Assembly (NCBI GenBank): GCA_030390025.1
Contig: JASTWF010000048.1
Location: forward strand, 868,001-932,000
Source: Squalus acanthias
Taxonomy: Eukaryota
DNA length: 64,000 bases
Direction of reading: 5' to 3'
Positions within the stretch are counted from its first letter, which is position 1; each line of letters begins with the position of its first letter. The translations under genes were made by a program, and so were the position numbers. This document shows, piece by piece, positions 49,393 to 60,554 of this stretch. Under the pieces are notes generated by a model. It saw only the letters and a program-made list of their open reading frames with translations, searched no databases and was not told where the DNA came from.

Positions 49393-51884
49393 TACCACCC
49401 AGTAACAGTGAACTGAAAGAGACGAAAACTCAGTTAAACAGCGCTCATAAAGCCGACTGCTCATTGATGAAGCCTCACTCCGTTTTCTAGTTTTATTGAG
49501 ATAAATGAAGAGTGATTTTTGGGTCCCAGATCAAGCGGAGTGCTTCATCCAAATTATTTATGTGTCCTAATATAATACCTGGCCTAAAAGATTGAAATTG
49601 CGAGCACAGAATGCATAGAATAATCATGCGTTCCCTCGAGTTCAGAAGATTAAAGCGTGATCTAATCAAGCAGTTCAAGAAGTTTAAAAGATTTGATAGG
49701 ATATTCCATAGTATTACATAAAATAATTTACAGGGGTCCCCGCAGCATGCGTCATTGTTTACAGGAGATCCCCGGGAGTGTGGCCGTATTTACACGTATG
49801 GAGTGGTTGAGGTAATAGCACAGATTGAATTAAGGGCGACCTATATAAATATATGAGATGGAAGGAATAGAAGGCTATGTAGTCGGGTGAGATGTAGTAG
49901 TGTGCAGCATAAACACCGGCACAGACCAGTTGGACAGGATTCCGTGCTGTAACTTCGATGTAATTCTATTTAACAAGCGTCAGCATCTGATGGAGAGGTG
50001 AAAATAATTGGAAGGCGGATCAATTTGAGGAAATGACTTGAAAATGCATTCGAAATCGGTTATAATGGGAAATTCCCAGGTGCTTGCAGTTACAGCTTGT
50101 AGCCACGGGTTGGTGCTGTATCTTCCTTTCATCATGTGCCCCGACCTGCTATGACACAGAATGAGCAACGCCGCCGCAGATCTACCAGTCTACTTAATGG
50201 TCAGCTCCGCTCGTTCTGTAACGGTTTTACCCCCCGACTTTTTTGCCAAAAGCGCCATTATTTTTCCCGATGTCTGTTCTTTCACAGTGATGTGGTATGA
50301 GCAGCGCCTGTTACCAATAGAAGAAAGAAATACCTGCATTTATTTAGCGCCTTTCACGACCACCGGAAGTCTCAAAGCGCTTTACAGTCACTGAAGTACT
50401 TTTGAAGTGGAGTCACTGTTGTAATGTGGAAAACGCTGAAGCCAATTCGCGCACAGCAATCTCCTACAAACAGCGATGTGATAAATAATCAGATAATCTG
50501 TTTCTGTTATGTTGGTTGAGGAATAAATATTGGACAGTATACCGGGGATAACTCTCCTAATCTGCTTCGAAATAGTGCCATGGGATCTCTTAACATCCAC
50601 CTGAAAGAGCAGACATGGGCTCGGTTTAACGATTCATCCGAAAGACAGCACCTTCGACAGTGCAGCGCTCACTCAGCACTGGAGTGTCAGCCTAGCTTTA
50701 TGTGCTCAAGTCCCTGGAGTGGGATTATGAACCTACAACCTTCTGACTCAGAGGCGAGTGTGCTACCAACTGAGCCACAGCTGACACAATGGATAATCCG
50801 CGTTATTTTCGTTCACTGTGTGTTTTTATTTGCAAAAGGAACTTAGTACTCCGCACATGGTGATTGAACAATTCAAACGAATTGGAAGGAAGCGTAGAGA
50901 GGCGCAAAGAAGACCGGTTAAAGAAGGAGGGAACAAGAAAAAAGAAGGAAATAAAGTAATTAAGGCATAAGAATATAAGAAATCGGAGCAGGAGTAGGCC
51001 ATTTGGCACTTCGAGCCTGCTCCGCCATTCAATGAGATCATGGGTGAACTTGTACCTCATCTCCACTTTCCTGCACTATCCCCATATCCCTAGAATCCCT
51101 TAATATTCAAAAATCTATCGATCTCTGTCTTGAATATACTCAACAACTGAGCCTCCACCCAGCTCTGTTTATTAGCAAACATGGATATATTACATTTGGT
51201 TCCGTCATCCAAATCATTGATGTAGATTGTGAATAGCTAAGGCCCAGACCCTGATCGTTGCGATACCCAACTAGTTACAGCCTGCTAAACAAGAAAGAAA
51301 GAAAAAAACAAAGAAATATAGAAAGAAAGAAGGAATGAAAGAAAGCAAGGATGAAAGAAATCAAGGAGGAAGGAAAGCAAGAAAGAAAGCCAGCAAGAAA
51401 GAAAGAAAGAAAGTGAGGGAAGGAAATCGATAAAAAAAAGGAGGGAAGCAATGAAAGCAAGAAAGAGAGAGAGAAAGAAAATGAAATAAGAAATAGAAAG
51501 GAAGACAGAGAAAGAGAAAGAAGGAACGAAATAATTAAACACACAAACAAACAAAGATAATTCTGTACCTAATCAAGCAACATCAAAATCAGATGCGAAA
51601 TTGTTTGGCTCAATATTTATTTTTTTGCTGTTAATTAGGTTCGGTTGATGTTGGGACGCTTGCAGCTGTTTTAATGCAACATATGGAATCTAGGGCCGGT
51701 TGCAGATGCTTGATTCAACTTTGGGCCTGTGAAACAATGCCAGTCAAACTGGTCATTGTTAAGATTGAGTCCTGGTCTATTTGCAAAACCAGCATCCGCC
51801 TGGTTACATCTTACCGCCACGATGCTTCTCAATGTTCTACAACGTCATTATTTCTGATGCCGTGTCGACAAAAACTTGAGAAAT

Positions 51885-52632
51885 GGCCCTAAATTTCCGT
51901 TCCCTACGGGTGAGTACGTGTTGTGTTCAGTTGGGCCAACGGAAGTGGCGGTTTCGCGCATGCACTGCGCATGCGCTGCAAACCGGAACTTCCGTTCTCT
52001 TGAAGGAAGGGGTTCGCAGGTCAACTGAGTGTGCCGAGACATGGAACTTTCCCTTTTGTTACAGGTTTCTCCGTGCGGGTAAGTCCCAAGCAGCTGCGCG
52101 TGGAAAAAGCAGAGGCAAGGCCTGCTTTTAACATGGTAAGAGGTGAATTAAATAAAATTGAAACATGTTTTCAACAGATTTTTCATTTTTAAATACTTTA
52201 AAGAAAGGCAAGTTTATTTTTAGCCCCGTTAAAAACTTTAATTAATTTTTTCAAAAAATTAAATTTTTGTTTAAAATAGTTAATTTATGTAATATATAGT
52301 TATTTTAAAAATGTGTTGTTTTTAAAAAAAATTATTTGACATTTTACTCAGGTTTTGGGACCGATCTTTATTTATAGATTTGGCAGGTCTTCCTGTCAAA
52401 TCGATGAAGGGAGATTCCCTGCTCCGATAGGCTCCCCATGGCCGACGTGATCCCAGGGGACGCTGCGAACTAGTTGCGCCCCTGGGATACGCGAGCACTG
52501 CACACCGGCAGCTGGAGGAGGCCCAGGATCCGAATCCCAGGATCGGAATCACAGCACAACGGCAGCCGCGCTATGTAAGTGCAGGTCGGGGGCTTGCGCC
52601 CGCGGGAAGTCTCCGACCCGAATTTCTGGGCT
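51885..52632. mobile_element. MITE (duplicate of 45242-45994)
   Basis: GGCCCTAAATTT..AATTTCTGGGCT with AAT flanks. Confidence 0.7.
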
Positions 52633-53145
52633 AATATCTTTTATCTTTTCATGTTTAAGAGTTGAGAAACGCTTTCATCCAGCCCCAGCTGAAGTAACGT
52701 GTCCCATTCTGAGCAGAACGCATTAGATAGAGTGCCAATGTCTTGGAGAAGTTGCCGCGGAGATTACCAGGGACGAGGGATTTCATTGATCTGGAGAGAC
52801 AACAGAAGCTGGGCTGTTCTCCTTAGAGCAGAGAGTGTGAAGCGGAGCTGCACCAGAATGCTATCAGGGATGAGCAACTTCATTTAAGCGTGGCTGACCT
52901 CCTGATTTAAAGAGTGATCTGGCGGGACAAGAGGTTTCTGTCTTTGGCGCCCAACAATTCTCTTGCCGCTGAGCGCCCTAAAATTTCGATTAGCCTTTGT
53001 GCTGTTCCTTTTGCGGTTGGCGGATTTAAGGTTGCAGTTGACGCAATTTCCGTTTATGACGCTTTCCCGGCATTTCAAGGGGCAATGCAGAAGCGGCGCC
53101 TCTCCACACGCACAGCTGCAACCGAACGATTGCTTCTGGAACAAG

Positions 53146-54152
53146 ATGCGTTTAAATTTCCTGCAACTAACTCTTTTATTTATGAAGCCCCGTAAGCGTC
53201 AGGATTCTTTAACGACATTCTTACTCAGATTCATTTAAACAATGATTATAATATGATTCATGAGTGATATAGTGGCACGATTATATGCCGAGACTCGATT
53301 ATTTAATATGCTATTACCATAATGTTTTGTTTAACCAGTGCATGTTTTAACTGACTGTCGCGGAAATTGTGTCAAGTGTTTTGATAGAGTAGGTACGACG
53401 AAATTGTTTGCACTGATCGATAAGCAGTGGACACAGATATAAAATAATTGTCCAAAAAATCAAGGTTGGTCATTCGAAGATTTTGTTTTACTAGGCGAGG
53501 TGTTGTGACCTTGAATGCACTGTCTGAAAGGTTGGGGAAAGCAGATTCAACTTTGAAAAGGGGGATTGGATAAATACTTGAGAAGACAATATATGTAGTG
53601 CTATGCGGAAAGAGCATGAGGGCGGGATAGTGCGTCTAATTGGCTAGCTCCGTTATACAGACTGCTCAGGCTACATGGCCTACTTGTGTGCTGTATGAAT
53701 TCGTAGATTTAATGCTTCTAAATGTTATTAATTCGTTGCTTGCTTTCTTTCTTGATCCACAGAATGTCGTTGCTAAAATAAATCAGTCGAATGCCGAGTT
53801 GATTGCGTCTCTGAACCATCTTAATTGATCACTAATTCCCTTCCAGGTTATTCCCGGTCGGATGCGCTAGCTCAGTGGCCGCCGTCCATTGTTGCAGCCC
53901 AGCAAGACAGCGTGGAACTCAATTGTTTCCAGAATGGATTCGCACGCCAAAGCATGGTTTGCTATAAATTTGCCGGCGAGGGGCTGGTGTTAATTGGATA
54001 TTTCATTTGGTCGTCGCAACCGCAAATGGAAGAGGAATTAAAGGCGAGATTTCACATGGCACGAAGCGAGGGTGATAAGAAATCCACTCTCAAGATTACC
54101 AGCATGAGACCGAGCGACCAGGCGGTGTATTACTGCGCCGATAGTGTTGGAG
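53146..54152 (+). CDS. TRBV: TCR beta V segment V12 (family E), open frame but conserved Trp41>Cys, probably non-functional; leader 53146-53191, V exon 53847-54152
   Basis: DALAQWPP..LNCFQNG..SMVCYKF..DQAVYYCADSVG. Confidence 0.78.
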
Positions 54153-54191
54153 CACAGTGCTTCAGGCAGATGCACAACCCTTCCAAAAACC
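54153..54191 (+). other. 23-RSS of V12
   Basis: CACAGTG + 23 bp + CCAAAAACC. Confidence 0.92.
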
Positions 54192-54298
54192 GTCCGAAAA
54201 GGATTGCTTTGTGCAGGTGCGTTACCATAACGAATGTCGTTCCGTCATTCCCTAGGTTAATTCAATTTCAGTGTTTTTTTCTTTCTGTTTCGTGAAAG

Positions 54299-56460
54299 NN
54301 NNNNNNNNNNNNNNNNNNNNNNNNNNNNNNNNNNNNNNNNNNNNNNNNNNNNNNNNNNNNNNNNNNNNNNNNNNNNNNNNNNNNNNNNNNNNNNNNNNNN
54401 NNNNNNNNNNNNNNNNNNNNNNNNNNNNNNNNNNNNNNNNNNNNNNNNNNNNNNNNNNNNNNNNNNNNNNNNNNNNNNNNNNNNNNNNNNNNNNNNNNNN
54501 NNNNNNNNNNNNNNNNNNNNNNNNNNNNNNNNNNNNNNNNNNNNNNNNNNNNNNNNNNNNNNNNNNNNNNNNNNNNNNNNNNNNNNNNNNNNNNNNNNNN
54601 NNNNNNNNNNNNNNNNNNNNNNNNNNNNNNNNNNNNNNNNNNNNNNNNNNNNNNNNNNNNNNNNNNNNNNNNNNNNNNNNNNNNNNNNNNNNNNNNNNNN
54701 NNNNNNNNNNNNNNNNNNNNNNNNNNNNNNNNNNNNNNNNNNNNNATAAAGAAAGAAGGATGGAAAGAAAGANNNNNNNNNNNNNNNNNNNNNNNNNNNN
54801 NNNNNNNNNNNNNNNNNNNNNNNNNNNNNNNNNNNNNNNNNNNNNNNNNNNNNNNNNNNNNNNNNNNNNNNNNNNNNNNNNNNNNNNNNNNNNNNNNNNN
54901 NNNNNNNNNNNNNNNNNNNNNNNNNNNNNNNNNNNNNNNNNNNNNNNNNNNNNNNNNNNNNNNNNNNNNNNNNNNNNNNNNNNNNNNNNNNNNNNNNNNN
55001 NNNNNNNNNNNNNNNNNNNNNNNNNNNNNNNNNNNNNNNNNNNNNNNNNNNNNNNNNNNNNNNNNNNNNNNNNNNATGGAAAGAAACATGGAAAGAAAGA
55101 TGGAAAGAAGGATGGAAAGTAAGATGGAAAGAAAGATGGAAAGAAAGATGGAAAGGAAGAAAGAAAGAAAGAAATGAAAGAAAAGAAAGAAAGAAAGACA
55201 GAAAGAAAGAAGGAAAGAAAGATGGAAAGAAAGAAAGATGGAAAGAAAAATGGAAAGAAGTAAGGAAAGAAAGAAAGATGGAAAGAATGATGGAAAGAAA
55301 GATAGAAAGAAAGATGGAAAGAAAGATGGAAAGAATGATAGAAAGCAAGATAGAAAGAAAGNNNNNNNNNNNNNNNNNNNNNNNNNNNNNNNNNNNNNNN
55401 NNNNNNNNNNNNNNNNNNNNNNNNNNNNNNNNNNNNNNNNNNNNNNNNNNNNNNNNNNNNNNNNNNNNNNNNNNNNNNNNNNNNNNNNNNNAAAGAAAGA
55501 TGGAAAGAAAGATGGAAAGAAAGTTGGAAAGAAGGATTGAAAGGAAGAAAGAAAGAAAGACGGAAAGAAAGATGGAAAGAAGGATGGAAAGAAAGATAGA
55601 AAGAAGGATTGAAAGGAAGAAAGAAAGAAAGATGGAAAGAAAGATGGAAAGAAGGACGGAAAGAAAGATGGAAAGAAAGATGGAAAGAAGGACGGAAAGA
55701 AAGATGGAAAGAAAGATGGAAAGAAAGATGGAAAGAAGGATGGAAAGAAAGATGGAAAGAAGGACGGAAAGAAAGATGGAAAGAAAGATGGAAAGAAAGA
55801 TGGAAAGAAGGATAGAAAGAAAGATGGAAAGAAAGATGGAAAGGAAGAAAGAAAGAAAGATGGAAAGAAAGATGGAAAGGAAGAAAGAAAGAAAGAATTG
55901 AAAGAAAGAAGGAAAGAAAGATGGAAAGAAAGAATGATAGAAAGAAAGATGGAAAGAAAGATGGAAAGAAAGTTGGAAAGAAGGATTGAAAGGAAGAAAG
56001 AAAGAAAGACGGAAAGAAAGATGGAAAGAAGGATGGAAAGAAAGATAGAAAGAAGGATTGAAAGGAAGAAAGAAAGAAAGATGGAAAGAAAGATGGAAAG
56101 AAGGACGGAAAGAAAGATGGAAAGAAAGATGGAAAGAAGGACGGAAAGAAAGATGGAAAGAAAGATGGAAAGAAAGATGGAAAGAAGGATGGAAAGAAAG
56201 ATGGAAAGAAGGACGGAAAGAAAGATGGAAAGAAAGATGGAAAGAAAGATGGAAAGAAGGATGGAAAGAAAGATGGAAAGAAAGATGGAAAGAAAGATGG
56301 AAAGAAGGATGGAAAGAAAGATGGAAAGGAAGAAAGAAAGAAAAGAAAGAAAGAAGGAAAGAAAGAAAGAAGGAAAGAAAGATGGAAAGAAAGATGGAAA
56401 GAAAGATGGAAAGAAGGATGGAAAGAAAGATAGCAAGAAAGCAAGAAGGAAAGAAAGAGT
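54299..56460. repeat. Polypurine (GAAA)/(GATGGAAAGAAA)n array containing three assembly gaps (54299-54745, 54773-55075, 55362-55491)
   Basis: Direct reading; N runs. Confidence 0.95.
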
Positions 56461-57444
56461 GGTAGAAGTTTAAAACTTTCTTCCGCAAGCAGCAACTGAT
56501 GCTGGGTCAATTGCTAATTTTAAATCAGAGATTGATAGTTTTTTGTTAACCAAAGTAATTAAGGGATGTGGGCCAATGACGGGTATATGGAGTTAGGTTG
56601 CAGATAAGCAGTGATCTAATTGAATGGCGGAACAGGCTGGACCTGCCAAATGGTTTCCTTCTGTTCCTATGCAGAAAGAAAGAAAGAAAGAAAGAAATAC
56701 TTGCTTTTCTACAGCGCCTTTCACGACCTTAGCAAGTTCCAAATTGTTTGGGTGGCACTGTAAACTCTCACTCCGATGCTTTTCAGTATAAGTCCAACTC
56801 AAGAATTGGACATAGAATTCAGACGAACACTCTATTGCAGTACTGAGGGAGCGCTTCACTGTCGAAGGTGCCGGCTTTCGGATGAGAGTTTAAACCGAGA
56901 CCCCCTCTGCTCTCGCAGGAGGACGTAAAAAATCCCAGAGCCACTATTTCGAAGAAGCGCTGGGGAGTTCTCCCCGGTGACCTAACTATCTTGAACCAAC
57001 ATCAGTAACAAAACTGATAATCTAGTCCTTCTCACATTGCTTTTTCTGGGAGCATGCTGTGTTCAAATTGGCTGCCATGTTTCCTAAATTGCAAAAGTGA
57101 CTGCAATTCAAAAACTGTTCCCTTGGCAGTACAGCGCTATGGGACGTCCTGAGACCATGAAAGGGACTATAGAAATTCAAGTGTTTCTTGCTTGGAAAAT
57201 GCAATGCTCTCTGACTTAACTATTCCCAATGGTAAATTATTCCCTTTTGTAAGTTACTGTTGGATCTGCTTCCACCAATCTTCAGGCAGTGCATCGCAGA
57301 TCAGAACAACTCACTGCGAATAAAAACAATTTGCCTCATCTTCCCTCTGGTTCTGTTGTCAATTACATTATATCCTGTCCTCTGGTTAGACGTTTTTGCC
57401 ACTGAAAATAATTTTCCCTGATTTACTCTATCAAGACCCTTCAT

Positions 57445-57880
57445 AGAAACAAGGAGCAGGAGTAGGCCATTCGGCCCGTCGAGCCTGCTCCACCATTCAA
57501 TACGATCATGGCTGATCATCCAAATCCAGTACCCTGTCCCTGCTTTCTCACACAGAATCCCCATCGAGCCTGCACCGACACATATCCCACCCTATCCCCC
57601 TAACCCCATGTATTTAATTCCCCCTAACATATCCCATCCTATCCCCGTAACCCCACATATTTAATCCCCCCCCTAACACTAAGGGTCAATTTATCATAGC
57701 CAAATCAACCTAACCCGCACATTTTTGAACTGTGGGAGGAAACCGGAGCACCCGGAGGAAACCCACGCAGACACGGGGAGAATGTGCAAACTCCACACAG
57801 ACAGTCACCCGAGGCCAGATTCGAACCCGGGTCCCTGGCGCTGTGAGGCACCAGTGCTAACCACTATGCCACCGTGTTGC
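57445..57880 (-). mobile_element. V-SINE (HE1-like)
   Basis: Reverse complement of the 16776-17180 element. Confidence 0.85.
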
Positions 57881-58148
57881 CCGTATGATTTTGAACATCT
57901 CTATTAAATCTCCTCTTAACCTTATCTGATCTAAGGAGGACTGTCCCAGCTTCTCCAGTCTCTCCACGTAACATGTATCTCTGGAAGGCACATATATGTC
58001 AAGCGTTCCAAACTTCATGAAGCTCCCGAACACTAACAGAAATGCAGTGTTGCGAGTCACCCTGACATAGAAATTAAATTTTGCACCTTCAAAAATTCCC
58101 ATAGGGTGAAAAATATGGTACGAAAATACTTCATCCTATGCCTTTAAT

Positions 58149-58891
58149 GGCCCGAAAATTAGACCTAATACGCGAGAGTACGCACTAGGTCCCGAATTGC
58201 CGGTTTCCTGCATGTACTGCGCATGCGCGGGAAACCGGCACTTCGTGTATGGCGAGGGGGCGATTCCTAAGTGAACCGCGTGTGCACTACAGGCTGCGCG
58301 CACGCAGTGCACTTAGTTTTTTTTTCAGGTTTGAACGCGCAGGTAAGTGGTGAAGATTTTACACATAAAGAAAGCAGGCGTAGGACCCCCTTTTCACAAG
58401 GTAAGTAGTTAATTAAGTCTTATTTTAAATTTTTTTCAACAGGTTTATCTTTTTTAGAGACTTTAAAGAAAGGTAAGTTTATTTTTATAACTTTTAAAAA
58501 GAATTTAAAAAATTTCAAAAATTTAATTTTTTGTTCAAAGTGGTTAATTTATTTAACTATAGTTATTTTATTAATGTGATGGCTTTTTTCATTCAATTGA
58601 GGTTTAGCTGTTCTTTTGGGGGCTTGTTGTATTCATAGCTTGGACAGCCCTTGCTGTCGAAACTATGAATGAAAGATGGTGTGCTGCCATTGGTTCTAAC
58701 TGGCCCACGTGATCCCAGAGCTCGTACGATCTAATTGCGCCTCTGGGACACGCAAGCACTGCACGCCGGCAACAGGGAGAGGCCCTCGAACTGAAGTTCG
58801 TGTGGGCCTGAAACAAAAAGGTGGGTGCGGAGTGCGTTTACGCGGGGAATCCTTATCCCCGCGGCAACCATCGATGTTTAATTTCTGGGCC
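58149..58891. mobile_element. Diverged MITE of the same family, immediately upstream of the V13 promoter
   Basis: GGCCCGAAAATT..AATTTCTGGGCC; shares TGCGCATGCGC, AT-rich centre and CACGTGATCCCAG with 45242-45994. Confidence 0.65.
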
Positions 58892-58972
58892 AACATTCTT
58901 ACATTTACACCTCAGAAACAACCATCTGCATTGCCCGGAAAAACAAGGGGATGTTCGATTGGACACTCTTGC

Positions 58973-58988
58973 AGTGATGTCACTTCCG
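58973..58988 (+). promoter_or_regulatory. V-beta decamer overlapping an ETS site (V13 promoter)
   Basis: AGTGATGTCACTTCCG; related ACGTCACTTCCG before V10 and V11, TGACGTCATCTCCG before V9. Confidence 0.75.
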
Positions 58989-59070
58989 CACACAACCACA
59001 AAACGAGGCGCAGAGGCCATAAGAGCCCAGAGGTGACAGCGGAGTGAAGCTGTGAGGAGGAAATTCCGGA

Positions 59071-60184
59071 ATGATGCTGTATACTGTTTACGTATATACA
59101 CTGTTGCTGTTTCTCCCAGGTTACTGCTTATAATTGTCGGGCAATTTGGGCCCGGTTTAATCTGGTAACTTAATTTCGTGTTGCTGAACATACACTCCAA
59201 TCAGTTTGATCATTTAAAGGATTTATTATTGTTTTCGCAGCTAGCTCTTAGGATCTGGAATGTATTGCCTCAGAGGGTGGAGGAAACTGATTCAATAGTA
59301 ACATTCAAAAGACAGTTGGATTAACAGCTGAAGGGAACATTTTGCAGGGCTATGGGGACTAATCGGAACGCTCTTTCAAAGAAACAGCACAGGAAGATGG
59401 GCGAAATGGTCTCCTTCCGTGCTGTATCATTCTATGATCCTCCAAATTCTTTATATTGTGGCCTAACTGTTTATTATGTTCCTAAATATATGTAACTTGA
59501 CTTGTCGCCTCCCCTTTACCTGAAGATTGGACGGGCCTACGTAGCAGATCCCGGTACATTGCCCATGTGAGTAAGCAGAAGCCGTCAATCTCCGTCGACT
59601 GGCTGACGGTGCAAAGCATTGCAAGGGAGCCAGACCTCGCGGCGCAAATATGGGAGGTTGGATGACATTTGTCCTTCCCAGCAATTGGGGCACTGAGGCC
59701 AACTGTAGCGATTTAGCGCCGCTCCAGTTGTGCTCTGCTGATACTGGGGGTCCACAGAGGACGAATCTGTATTTTGGCTCAGCGAACTGATCGATCGTGG
59801 TGTGCATCGCGTGAAAATGTCTCCCTATCCTTATTGCGTCTGTTTATATTTGATCCGATCTGTTTCTCCTCTTGATCTGTAGCCCCTTGCAGGAGCGGTC
59901 TCGTTTCCCAGTGGTGGACACGGTTGTCGGTTGGAGCGGGGCGCACGGCGGAAATGCACTGCTACCAGAACGACTCAAGCGATACCTACATGTACTGGTA
60001 CCGGCAGCAGAGCGGGGCCGGGTTGCAGCTCATAGCGACCTCGATTGGCACCTCTGACCCAAAGCCTGAAGACGATTTCAAGGAAAGGTTCCAAGTCACC
60101 AGGCCCGATATTAAGTCCTGCAGCCTGAAAATACTGAGCGTCGAACCGACTGACGCTGCGTGGTATTACTGCGCTGCTAGTGAT
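59071..60184 (+). CDS. TRBV: TCR beta V segment V13 (family D), potentially functional; leader 59071-59119, V exon 59883-60184
   Basis: Leader MMLYTVYVYTLLLFLP/gttact; GLVSQWWTRL..MHC..WYRQ..DAAWYYCAASD open. Confidence 0.9.
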
Positions 60185-60223
60185 CACAGTGATTCAAACA
60201 AGTGTAGGGCTGGATCAAAAACA
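60185..60223 (+). other. 23-RSS of V13
   Basis: CACAGTG + 23 bp + TCAAAAACA. Confidence 0.9.
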
Positions 60224-60554
60224 TACCACCCTTCAACAGTGAGCCGAAATTTCCGAAAACTCAATTAAGCAGCGCTTGTAAAGCCGCCTGTTGATTCCTG
60301 AAACTTGAACCCGTTTTCGGGTGACAATAACGTGCTAAATATAGAAAGTTTTATTGAGTTAAATCGGAATTAATGTCTTGGTCTCAGATCCACGGGAGTG
60401 ATTGATCCAAATTATTTACATCCGAGAATGATTCCTGGGCTAAGCAGGTTAAAATACGTGAATAGATTGTATAGACTAGGCTTGATTCCCTCGTGTACTG
60501 AAGGTTCATGGTTTATCAGATCGAGTTTTTTAAGATGTTTAAAGGAGTTGAAAT

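Larger units (their letters stand above)
40070..53352 (+). repeat. Tandem duplication, 2 x ~6.64 kb (junction ~46710)
   Basis: Offsets 41585/48222, 42408/49052 and 46504/53146; collinear throughout. Confidence 0.93.

Noticed and set aside
54252-56510. Long ORFs of 700+ aa
   Set aside because: Translation of simple repeat and N gaps
691-60223. IgH, IgNAR or NAR-TCR/TCR-delta cassettes
   Set aside because: Every complete V has its own leader and I found no D or J segments between Vs; sequences and the promoter decamer are V-beta-like. A phylogeny is still needed for formal proof
691-60223. Germline-joined V(D)J genes
   Set aside because: All 13 complete V exons end in an unrearranged heptamer-23-nonamer; no FGxG J motif follows
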